From Spirogloea muscicola (Eukaryota): DNA of 50,436 bases. Location: contig WELB01000008.1 in assembly GCA_009602725.1 (NCBI GenBank), positions 529,945 through 580,380 of the forward strand. Reading direction: 5' to 3'. Shown here piece after piece: positions 9,749-20,699 of this stretch. Positions within the stretch are counted from its first letter, which is position 1. Each line of letters starts with the position of its first letter. The notes under the pieces were generated by a model. That model searched no databases, was not told the DNA's origin, and saw only the letters and a program-made list of their open reading frames with translations. A program made the translations under genes and the position numbers.

Positions 9749-12700
9749 ATGGACGACGCCCTGCGCCGCGCGCTGCAGCGCGCCGCCCGCCGCCGCTGCG
9801 GCGGCGGCTGGGCCTACGCCGTCTTCTGGCGCCTCCGCCGCCGCGCCATGCCCCGCGCCCGCAGCCTGTGAGCGCCCCCGCCACTGCTGCGCCGCTTCCC
9901 ACGCCGCTGGCTCGCCTTCTTCGCCCTGACGCCTCGGGCTCCCGCCTTCGCCAGGCCCCTCTACTGAGGCGCTGCATGAAGCTGCGGCTAGCTAGGCCGC
10001 TGACGATGCTCGTCGGGGATGTGCGCTGCAGGCCGACCAGGGGCGGCCACATGGATCTCCTCCACAACGAAGAGCACGACTGGTTAGTGCCTCCGAGCAG
10101 CGCCCCGTTCTTTCCAAGCAAGCGTGCATGATCACAACATCGTTCAGGCTACCTTTCGCTACAGTCGATTTGTTAGTGGGCGAGACCCACGGGGTTTGTC
10201 TGGGAGCCCGTCGAGCGTGAGCTGGGTGCAGTTGGGCACACGCTCAAGGATAGGCAGCAAGTTATGTGATATGGCGATGTGAAGGATACATTTTTTGATC
10301 TCGTGAACAATCACATGCTTGCAATTGAACGTGGAATTACGTGTCTTGATCCCTACACCTCAATCGGAAGCTCAGAAGTGGCTTTCTCACACGCAAAAAG
10401 CATGAGAAGCTGACAGCACGAAGTTGAGGCTGCAGGGTGCTCATGTGGGAGGATGGTTACATGCCCCCGTCGGACCGCGGCCCCACGGGAGCGTCTGGGA
10501 CAGCGGCGGCCCCCATGGATGAGCCCAGCCCTGAGATGATGGCGCAGCTGAGGGAGGCCTACGAGCAGCTCAGTTACCAGATTTACAATCATGGCGAGGG
10601 GTGAGCGACTGGTGCCGCTTGCACTGTGCTTAACACGCTTCTCAGCCCCCCTTTTCCTTGCGTGCCTCCTTGGCCAGGGACAGTGCACGCAGTCCACCTT
10701 GTTGTCCTCTTTGTCTGTGTGATAAAGAAGGAGGGTTGGCTTGGCTACAAGGTTAATGGGTGTCGTGTTACCTTCGCTTGGCCTTGGCCCTGCAGGCTCA
10801 TCGGCACGGCGTCGTCCACTCAGCAGCACGAGTGGGTGCACCACAACGGCGAGCAGAAGGTCGTCGAGGCTGTCAATGCAGTCCAACTCGAGAGCAAGGT
10901 GAGCCTCCACTGCGCTCGCCTTTATCTTGCTGGCTAGGTGACCCTAGATTCTCTGCCGCGGTGGTCTTGCCACATGTATACTCCCTTCTTCACATTTACC
11001 CCTCAAGCGCACTTGGGCCTTACTCACCGACATGGGTCTTCTCTGTACTGAACAGCAACCCCCTGCCATCTGGACGGCGCAGTTCGAGGTGGGCATCAAG
11101 GTGAGCCAGCTCTTCATTGCACCTACTCAGGGTTCTGTTTGCATCCCAGTGACAAAGGCTTGCAGCCGGAATCTCTTTGTGATTCCAACACAGTCATCTG
11201 AGGGTGCTGGTCTGCTGGCTGCTCTTGCAGACCGTTGCCATAGTACCCGTCCTTGGCGGAGCTTTGCAGCTGGGCTCCTTTGCAGATGTGAGCGCCTATG
11301 TGAATGCTTAGTCCTGTACATGGCTGCCTTGACAACATGATAAATACAGCACTGGCCCTGCCGAATCATCGTATTGAGACAGTCGCTCATTACGTGGGCC
11401 TCGTCCAATTTGGCTTGACTCTCCTTCCGACACCCTCCATGTCTTGACATTAGCACATGGTAAATGCACAAGTCTGACATTTTCTCCGAGCTGCTGGGCT
11501 TGAATACAGAAGCCGGAAGACCCGGCCCTTGTAACAGCTCTCCGGGAGGACTTTCAAAACCTGTACAAGGCCACTGGTGTCTGTCTGCCAGCATTTGTCC
11601 AGGAGTTGAGCCAGACTGCACAGTTGGACGAAGACAAGATACTGCCTGTGCCACTCAGGAGCATGTCAGCGCCGGCCCAACCCCTGTTCTGGTCCCTCCA
11701 GGACACCCCGCTGCCGAGCAGCGCAGTGTCCGAAAGTGCCAGACCAGATCGTGGCAGCACCGCCCAGCCTGCCATCACGGGCTTGAAACGCTCGCAGTCG
11801 TCGGCCAGTGAGGTTGTCAGCACAGCCGACGACTTCTCCGACAGTGCACAGAGGAAGCCCAAAGTGTTGCGAGCAAACTCCCAGGAGTCGACTGGACTGC
11901 TGGACGTGCGGCCGGCGGCGCCTGTGCAATTCTTCCCAACCAGTGAAGAGGAGAGGCAGCTGGCGGCGCGCCAATTCGAGCAGCTTGCCAAGGCCGACTG
12001 CGCGCGGGCAACCTCTGTCAAAACGGGGGACGCAATTGCTGTTGCTCAGTCTTTCTCAGCCGAGCCTGACTTGGAGACTGTGAACCTGCAGCTGGGGCGT
12101 CCTCCCCTACCAGATCCGGGACACGCCGTGCGCCTGGCCTTCCTCGCCTTCAGCACGTTGCCAGGCTCGCGCTCGTTCATATCTACAGCAGACCAGCCCC
12201 CGCAGTCCACCCTGCCAGCCCCCTCGAGCATGAAAAATGATGCCGACATCAAGTCGTGGATGCCGCAGGCGGCGGCTCAGCCCTGCAAACCCACCATGCC
12301 ACCCGCAGCGGACCTGCCCGAACTCAAGGATTCTACATCCGAACATCTCATGGAGAGCCGTTTTCAGGCGGAGAGGATGTCGTCCTCCACCAACTTCTGC
12401 GACCTGTCTCCTGAGAGCCTCGCAAGTCCTCCAGGAGTGGCCACTAGCGAGGCCTTCTGGGATGGGCTCCTAGCGGTGAAAATTGAGGAGCTGCTGTCCG
12501 CTGACTACATGATCGAGGAGCAGATGCCCACAATGGTGCCGAAGCAGGTTGGCAGGAAGGACTGCAAACTGATAATCAGTGACCTCGAAGTGCGTGGCAA
12601 GAAGCCGGAGCTCGACAACAAGTTGATCGAGCTACAAGCCAAATTATCAAGAGGATCTGATGACGTGAGTAAGCCTTCCTGACAATGCATGGCAGTGCAA

Positions 12701-12907
12701 GCGGCCTTCGTGAATCTGAGCCTGTATGCTACGCATTTTTCTGACAAGGCGAGCCGCTTGATGCAGGGCAACATTGTCACACACTTCGCTCATGCCGTGG
12801 AGCAAAGCCTGAACCGCTCCATGGCAAGCTGTGGTTGGGTGGCCAATGACCCGCATGAAGGCTGGGGCGTCGCAACAACCTCTGTGGAAAGGACTGTGCG
12901 CGTGTAA
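9749..12907 (+). CDS. bHLH-MYC N-terminal-domain protein without an evident bHLH (RSS3-like / At5g53900-type)
   Basis: Spliced exons read MDDALRRALQRAARRRCGGGWAYAVFWRL, ...HDW, VLMWEDGY...YEQLSYQIYNHGEG, LIGTASSTQQHEWVHH, QPPAIWTAQFEVGIK, TVAIVPVLGGALQLGSFAD and KPEDPALV..., which runs into the long ORF 11606-12664. A probable last exon ends at TAA 12907 (less certain). Confidence 0.85.
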
Positions 12908-14039
12908 TCTCAGAAGCAGTGGCATACACGGTTCCTATACTGGCTGGAGAGAGCTACTCTGGTGCTTGATACTCGGAACTTGTACATATAGCTGCTAGAC
13001 GATGGCACCAGCAACAGCACCAATCTTTCCTCCCTTGGACTCCACCATTCATGCAGTTCCCTCCTGGTTAAACATAGCCTGAGATATTACTCAAGCTCGT
13101 CTTGAGTTTTTTGAGCTGGCCTTGCCGCTTCGCTGCTTCGCAGCTTGCCGCCTGTGCCCGCCTTTTGCCAGGGGCCTTACAATATGCACGACGCAACCAA
13201 GGCGACTGGAGCACTGATCCTGCTTGCTGTGGACGATGTCTGATCACAGTGAGCAGGATCATGCTGCTCCGCCACCTGGTTGGCTGCAATTTGGACAGGC
13301 ATTTCCTGGCGACTTTCCCCTGGGTCTGCATACACATGTGCAGCTTCCTTGCAAGTGCTTAGTTAACGCCCACATCGGCACTCATTATTAGCTGTACTCC
13401 AGCTTAGTCCTAGAATTCAGCTTTTTATGGTTGGCTCCGCCAGCATTAGGGGCTCATCTTTCGACACCAGCTCTGTCATGCAAAGCTGTGCTGTTCTGTG
13501 CTGCTAGATTCAAGATTATATTGAAAACTTGTCACAGCCACGTTCGGTTGGGCTGGGAAAAGGCGACCACATTTATATGCATGTCTCGGGCTGATGCCCT
13601 TGATTTGGGTGCCAGCAGTCTTGATTGGGTCGTGCATTTGATGCCGGGAAGCACAGGGACGAGCAGTGGGGCAGATGCAAACAGGTGAGGTCTGCCCTTG
13701 AGCTGAAGATGTGTAGCACTAGCCCTCCGAAGACTAGTGGAGGCCACAGGAGAAGCGGCTGAAAGAATGACCGAGGAAATGTCATAGTTGGCACAGGCGG
13801 ATGTAGCGACTTGCTTGTTTCGTAGTCCGTGCTCACAAAGAGTGTGGAGGCAGCACGCAGGATGGTGTGATGGGAGTGGACAGCGAGCGTGAGTGCATCA
13901 AACTAGAGGAAAGAACGATGAGGGTGCATTGCATACGGCTAACGATTGCCTGGAGATTTAGGACGTCCAGTCCAGGAAGAGGAACTTGAAATGGCAGGTG
14001 GCATATTACAGCTTATCAGTCACAAGTCAAGAATCACTA

Positions 14040-15060
14040 CTCCGATGAGCTGAGTCTAGGAGGTCTGTGTCACCGCGCAGCCCCGACCGCTGGATGCGGT
14101 GGCTGGCGACTGACCAGCTCTAACGGGCATGGCCTGGGAGCACTAGAGGAACAGGCACCTCAGAGTGGGCAGCTGGGCGTCGGTGTCCGCACACTTGCCG
14201 AGCTGCTGGTTTTTGGGGCAAGCAGCGTCAAAATGGCAAGGCAATTGCTAAGGGACTGCGGTCAAAGAGCAAGGTAAGGCTACGGCTGTGTGAGGCCATG
14301 CCACGGAAATGAACGAGGTCTGGAAGGGCCGGAAGGCACGCTGCGAGAGACCAAGTCCAGTGGGAAAATGAAGAAAAGAGCGCTGCCAAACTGACAGCAG
14401 TGGCTGTGAGAGGCCAACCCAGAGGAATGGACAAGGTCTGCTAGGGCCGGATGGCTCTAGCAGACCTTCTCTCTGATGGCGCAAGGAACAAGAGCTCCGA
14501 TCCGTCGGCGCGGGGCAGCCCGGAAAAGAACACCGAAATACGTGGGGCAGCCCGAACTGGCCACCCCCCCCGGTCACAACCAGGCCCCCTGCAACGCGGT
14601 GGGTCAATCCGCAATTGTTTATGTAGGTCTTCAGATGTGCTTGCCTTTGTACTTGGCCATCTGGCCTTCATTTCTTTCAAACAAACGATATTTGTCAACC
14701 GGGGCCCACTAGGTGCGGTTGCAAGCTCCCCCTCTTCGGCTAGCACCTGGAGCTGTTGCGACCACCTGGTTTTCTGGGCTGGCCTCTCACAGCCACTGCT
14801 CTTCCCTAGCAGTATCCTTCTAATCGCGACCCGGCCAATCTCCTGGGTACTGAGCTTCCCTGCATCGTCTGCATCGTCTGGTGTTTTGTAGTGTAGTCCT
14901 TTCGGCACCTCTTTCTTTGGCTTTGGACATTGTCTATTGTTGTTTGGGCTGGCGTTGCCAGCTATGCTCAATGGGCGAGCACTTTCTTCTTTGCCAGCCC
15001 CTCTTCTCCATGGGCGCGCCCTTTTCTTTTCTGTTCTTTTCTTTTCTAATCTCCTGGTGG
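14040..15060. mobile_element. Mixed-orientation stack of CRE-like 3' ends
   Basis: A degenerate VRAG...ATAS C-terminus lies on the minus strand (~14060-14150). Hairpin ends occur at ~14402 (-), ~14776 (+) and ~14946 (+), and a subfamily C UTR piece (GATGTGCTTGCCTTTGTACTTGGCC) at ~14634. Confidence 0.6.
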
Positions 15061-15069
15061 GCTCATTGA

Positions 15070-15720
15070 AGATGTGTGTATTAAGAGATGGGGAGGCCAT
15101 GTGTGGCCAAGTACAAAGGCAAGCACATTGACAAATGCACGTCACCTGCTGCTAAGCCGACCCGCTCAGTAACCACGAGCCAGCACATAGAGGTCGCTAA
15201 CTGATGCTCGAATACCGGATGGCAATCGACAAGCTCTCGAACTACCAGCCAAGGCTCGACCAGCTTTCTGATGCAACGCATGAGCCTGAGCTCGCTGCAG
15301 ACAAGCTGATACTCGACGTCGCAAAAATGACATGTAGGCAGCCGGCATACCCATCTGGGCTGGAAGCATATCCTCGCGTCGTGCATATCCCAGACTCGCT
15401 ATGTTCTCAAGTAGGGTATGGAAGCGAGGACCCAAGCAGCACGAAAGTGTCGATTGCGGCCGGGAGAAGGTGGTCGCTGCGGGGGTAGTCAGAGTAGTGT
15501 TGGAGCTTTCTCTGCTCAGCACCTCCCACTGCGTGGCCAGCAATGTGTGTGGAAGCGGAACTCTTGTATGCCTCGGTCACCACCACATCCACCAAGGCTC
15601 GTGGGCCTCCGCCAGGTTGTACACCCACAATGTCCAGGGTGCGACGGTGATGGCGACCGTGGGAATCCGTGGTGATGGGCATTACGTTGCCTACTTCCAC
15701 ATGGCGCGGTAACCGGCGGG
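15070..15720 (-). mobile_element. Longest fragment: restriction-like endonuclease domain, C-terminus and 3' UTR of a CRE-like non-LTR retrotransposon (frameshifted, 5'-truncated)
   Basis: RRTLDIVGVQPGGGPRALVDVVVTEAY...AEQRKLQHY...LLPAAIDTF, then after a frameshift FLRRRVSACLQRAQAHALHQKAGRALAG...SVSDLYVLARGY* (stop 15166-15168). The pattern D..DV, AE.RK..Y, P.A.ET/DT, S..LQR matches the RLE tail of CRE-clade elements as recalled. Confidence 0.8.
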
Positions 15721-15799
15721 GGTCGGGCCCCCTGCCGCATACCGGGTCGTTGCCCCGCCTACATTTGTCTCCGATACACGGAATTGCTTGGGGGAATGC

Positions 15800-18065
15800 G
15801 TGTGTATTAAGAGATGGCCACACATACCTCCTAGTACAAAAGAGAGAAGGCAGGCGGGGCACATGAAATGAAATGGAGGCCAGTTCAAGCCGATACATTG
15901 TTCAGGCAGAGTCTAGGGCAGACTAAACAGGACTACATAGTAGGGAGACCTAAACAAAGGCAAGCGGGGGGGGGCGGCCCTGCTTCGGTCGGCGGCTTGG
16001 TGCTTACGGCCGTGCTCCCGCGCCCCAGATAAGTCTGGTTATGATGTACTAATCTAGAGAGAGATTCTGTTTTGCATTTCATTACGTTAGATTCTTCTGT
16101 GCTTTTCTTGCAGTATGTACTGGCTTGCCTTGACCTCCCTCTCAAGTCACGCGCACCACGCGCTTTCTCTTCTGTGCTTCGCCGCTGAAAGCCCTCCGAC
16201 AATTACATACACGCATTTTCCTGCCCCGCCTGCGCGCCTAATGGGACGAGAGCAAGGCGATGGCTGTGAGAGCGCCAGCTAAAAAAGGAATGACTGAGGC
16301 AGTGCTGACCCTGCCTCTCTGATGCTGCCGCTACCGGCAATGTCGGTGCCGCGCCCCCAATCTAGCCACACCAGCCAGGTTATGGGCCTGGCATAGAATT
16401 GCTGAGAAATCGAGTGGTGAACATGAAAGAAAGGGAGGCCAATTCAAGCCAATACATTGTTCAGGCAAATTTAGTGCAGAGACTCAATGAACGAAGCCCT
16501 ATGCTAGGCAGACAGGGCGCTCTTAGTAACGCCGTGTCAGCAGTAGGAAGTCAGATCAGCTGAGGGAAGGATGAGTGAGAAGGCGACTGAAGAGGAACTC
16601 TAGATCCACGGGTGAGCACATACAGATCGGAGAGGCTACGTTGGGGAGCAGAGAGAATAGAAGAGGAGGGAGAAGACAGAGGAGGGGAGTGGTAGCGGGG
16701 ACAACCACATTCATAGAGAACAAGCAGCTCTTCTGAAGGGGGCAGGGGAAAGGGGCCGAGTGCTGTGAGAAGCCAGCCTACATAAGAGAGGAGGTTTCCA
16801 AGGGAGTTGGGAGTTGTAGAAAGCACTAAGGAAGCCTGTTCAGTAAGCCCTACTCAGCCAAGCAGGAGTCGCCCTACCTATAGCCTGAGGCGGCAGCCAG
16901 GACAGTGATAACACGAAGATGCTAGGCAAAGCCATATGTCAGTGTATGTTGCGGGGAAACGAGAGCAGCATCCGGTACACAAGGGCCTGGAGCCCGCGGC
17001 GGATAGACTTTGCTGCTCCTTGTGGTGCGCTGAAACACTGCGCATCCCCCGCGCAAGTGGTCAAGCCACCTCTGTCTTGTGGTGAGTGACGAGGGCCAGA
17101 GCAGCTAAGTACTAGAGCAAGCACATATACAATCAATAGCCGCCTGCTGCTATGCCGACCCACTCCGTAGCCACGTTTTAGCAGGTGTGAAGAAGCTCTG
17201 CCGAATGGGGAGTTTCTTCCGAAAGGGGCTCTTGCCAAAGGGCACGTAAAGCCTGCTAACTGGGGCAAGACGTGTATTGAGTAACGGAGGGCCTGAGTGA
17301 CAAGAACAGCGCCAAGTACATCTATGAACATCGCCAGCTGCTTAGCTGACCCGCTCAATGAGGAGTCAGCAAGGAGGCCGCTAGTTGATATTCAATTACT
17401 GGACGGCAATTTTTAAGCCCTTCTGCCACCAGCTAAATAAACAAGCAAAGGTGGGCGAGGGCTGTGAAATGCCAGCCGAAGACAACGAAGACCAGCTAGA
17501 GCTCGCCCAGCTTATTACTGGGAAAGCCTGTTCCTGAGCTCGCTGCAAGAAATAAGCTCATAAAGGGGGAGCGAGGGCTGTGACAAGCCAGCCGGAAAGA
17601 TGAGAATAAATTCGAAGGGGCCGAAAAGAGCTGAAATCGCCTAGTTCCACAAAGGTTGGTTACTTTGTTGTCCTAATTAGCAGCCCCTAGTCAGAAAGTC
17701 TAGCCGCTGGAAAACAGCTCCCTTGACGAGGGCCACTAGCGGCAGCTAGAGGAAATGACGGTTCCAGGAAGGAGAGGGCGGTGGCTGTGCGAGGCCAGCC
17801 CAGAAAACAAGAATGAACAAAGTACGAAGGGGCCAGAGAAAGCACACAGCGAATCAAGTTGCCTTGAAGCACTTATTAGAGTACGGCCAGCACGCACGCA
17901 GATGCAAGGTTTGGACCAAGGACCGCTGGAGGAGAAGATCTCAAACGGGTTGCAGAAAGCTGACACACTCACGACGGCTGGTGGAGGTTGCATTGGTGCA
18001 TCCCTCCCTGGCAGAACAGCTCCTCCAGTCGAAGGCAGTGGCTGTGAAAGGCCAGCCCAGAAAGA
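15800..18065 (-). mobile_element. Stack of CRE-like 3' ends (subfamilies A, B, C)
   Basis: Subfamily B UTRs (GGAGGCCA.TTCAAGCC.ATACATTGTTCAGGCA) at ~15875 and ~16435; SLSDLYVLTRG at ~16600-16640; subfamily C end at ~17340; RAGRTL and LAAASG..RLSD copies at 17690-17930; hairpins at ~16261, 16761, 17460, 17577, 17783 and 18039. Confidence 0.7.
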
Positions 18066-18267
18066 ATCCATCACCCTTCATGCCATGGCCCTCCACCACT
18101 CCATACAGACTCCATTTTCCTGGCCAGCCGGCTCGTCCCCGTCACGCCCGCTGCGCCGCGCCGGAGGCCCAGGGCACCTCCTCTTCCCCCGTGTTCCAGT
18201 CACAGGCAGCAAATCAATCGCTCCTCCACACTGCCGCTGTGCTCTCCTCCGCGCCGTTCAGGCGGCC

Positions 18268-19835
18268 ATGACCACGCCACGCCGCTGCGGCGGAGCCGGG
18301 GCATGTATATTGAGCGATGCGTGGCAGCGCTCCCACCGGTCGCTGGCTGCGGCGCTGGAGGCAGGCGCAGCCGGCGGCTACAGACTCAAGACCTCCGCAA
18401 TCCTGCCGGTTGACGAGCTGCTACATCTGCTTCACGAGGCCCGGGCTGCCGCGCTGGTCGCCGTCCTCGATCGGACCTCACCTCGTCTGACCGAGGTAGG
18501 CCGCTTGTCCTGCTGAAGGATGTGATCTTCAACACCACCGGCGTGTCAATGGCCTTCATCATCCTCGCCGACTGGTCTCCTGACGCCAACCCCGAAGTCT
18601 GGGAGAGGTAACATTTATAGATGCTATAGATGCTGATATTCTTAAGATATGCAAATATCTTATCTCATCTTATCTTATCTTAACTCAAAGTTTGCTACTC
18701 TGACAGCCGCCTTTTGAATAGTACTGCTGGTCGCAGGTCACTTGCATGGCCATGAATCACTTCTTGGCTAGGGCGGAGAGGCAGTGTTTTGATTCTTGAA
18801 GAAGACCTGTGTGTGGCAGAGTATCAAAACTGAGCCAAAGTTTTCAGCGGTCCTACGTTGTCGTCGCTGCGCCAGGCCCCCAAAGAAATTCGGAATTCAA
18901 CAAGGCCTACTTTCGGTGTGCTCACATTTCACAACACATATCTGAGCTGCCACTTCGGTGTGTTGTCAGCAAGTCATGTTTGCAGATATAGGTGTAAGTA
19001 TCACAAGCTCAAGGCTGTAAATATGTCATTCAAATGCACCGGCACCTCGACTGCCTGTTACAAGCAGATTGCCAAAGTAGATTGACAAGCTGCGATGCAC
19101 CAGGCACTGCAAGTCCTGCTTTGGCAAGACGCCTTTTGTCCTCGTAGCAGACGGGCTGTCAGCAATAGCCAAGGTCTTGCGGCTCGTTCATGTGCAAGCT
19201 GGTGAGCAGGTGGCTTGATTTCAATTTCTGGCCAATGCCAACCTGTCAAATTCCTCACACTTGTTGCTTGTGCGTTTCATGATGAGATCTTTGTGGCCTG
19301 CCTTTGCAGAGTGCAAGAGACAAGGTACCATGGAAGTGCTGGATGCTGAGGCAAGTATTACTGAGCAGACACACGAAGCAGCTTTTCTAGCATGCATCAG
19401 ATGCAATGACTAGGTCGCCTTCAGAAGGGTGGCTGGTAACAACACCATTGCTGGTGGCTTTACTCTGTATGCAATGTCTGTGCAAGTCCTGGCAGCTGCA
19501 GGAGCTGGTGAAGTCGCCAGAAGCCATAGCTACTGCACTGCTCGCTGTCCCCGGCCTGGATGGGCCCAGTGTTTATGTGGTATTAGTCAGGCCTCTCCTT
19601 TGACAACAACGTCGAGCAAGGAAATTGCACTGCTTTGCACATGCTCGATCTGCCAGTGTCATTGTTCTATGTGGCCATTGTGCAGCTGCTACAAGCCTTT
19701 GGGTCAATTGAAGCCATCGCATCAGCGGGCCCTGAGATGATTGTGAGTAGGACGGGTTTGCGGCCCTCTGAGGCAGAAAAAGTTGCAGCCTTCTTCCGTG
19801 ATGACCAGTACAACCGCACCCCGCAGCTGGACTGA
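18268..19835 (+). CDS. PTD: PARTING DANCERS (ERCC1-like, SPO16-type meiotic crossover protein)
   Basis: Exons read MTTPRRCGGAGACILSDAW...GYRLKTSAILP, DVIFNTTGVSMAFIILADW, RVSKLSQSFQRSYVV...NKAYFR, HCKSCFGKTPFV...VHVQA, ECKRQGTMEVLDAE (GC donor at 19351), ...LLAVPGLDG... and LLQAFGSIEAIASA...KVAAFFRDDQYNRTPQLD*. They are colinear with Arabidopsis PTD as recalled. Confidence 0.88.
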
Positions 19836-20699
19836 TGGCAGGAAGCCAGAAACTGTGCTACATCTGCATACTATACCACTATTAACAGTTCACATCCGCT
19901 GCTTTCTTATGCTGACCTATCGTCTAGGTACTGAAATATGAGCCTATCACAGTACGGGGCAATACTGGGCGGTGGAGCAGAAAGGCGGCTCGTATGGCAC
20001 ACCTGCAGGCACCTCTTAACATGTGCATATAGGATGCCTCAACTCTTGCATTGGTATCATAAGGCAGATCCTTCGCTACTAATTTGTAGCGAACAGCCGG
20101 CGGGATGGGCGAGGTGGCCCAATGTGCGCACACTATTCAATTGAGAGCCACATTGCTCATCAGGCGACAAGGTGTGGGGACACTTAGATGACTGGCCAGA
20201 TGAGAAAAGCTAAGAAAGGCCGAGTACAGCCATAATCCGACAGCCCGACTCGTAAGGCCTCAGCGTTGAGCAATATAAGAGGAAAGAAAGCCATAGCACG
20301 GTGGTCGTTGGCGTGAGGGGTGAGGCAGTGTGCTCGCAGTAGGGCATGTGAGCTGCGGCCGATATATTTGCAGAAAGGCAAGGGAAAGGAAAGCTGATGC
20401 AGAAAGAGTGTGAGCAGAGATACCCCACCTGGAAGCGCCTGCGGCGAATGGGAGGATATGAAGGAAGCGGTGGAAGGAGGGACTCTGAATGCGACAAAGA
20501 ACGGCAGTATGTACGTGGCCCGACAGTGAGTTGCTGACGTCACTCAGAGTCCTGTACACACGGCAAAGAGCGATTCCCGTTAACTGAAGTACTGTGTTGT
20601 CTAACCTTGACCTTGTACTTGCCATGTACATCTAAGGACATGCTCTTCTCCTTGACCGTCATGTCTAGTTGTCTAGATGCCTAGCTAGTGTTGGAGCTC

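Noticed and set aside
8811..10131. Long overlapping ORFs (436 aa and 342 aa) rich in Arg/Gly/Pro/Ala
   Set aside because: Stop-poor GC-rich promoter and first-exon sequence spanning an N, with no recognisable domain. The real coding frame starts at 9749.
13000..13900. Possible exons of an unrecognised minus-strand gene
   Set aside because: Short open frames with plausible acceptors but no recognisable homology.
14040..14070. Hammerhead ribozyme core (CCGATGAG)
   Set aside because: No CUGA core or GAAA partner with supporting stems; it lies within a degenerate retroelement fragment.
18986..18993. Micro-exon in PTD (CAG ATATAGGT GTAAGT)
   Set aside because: Direct splicing of 18915 to 19104 already restores the frame and the alignment to PTD.
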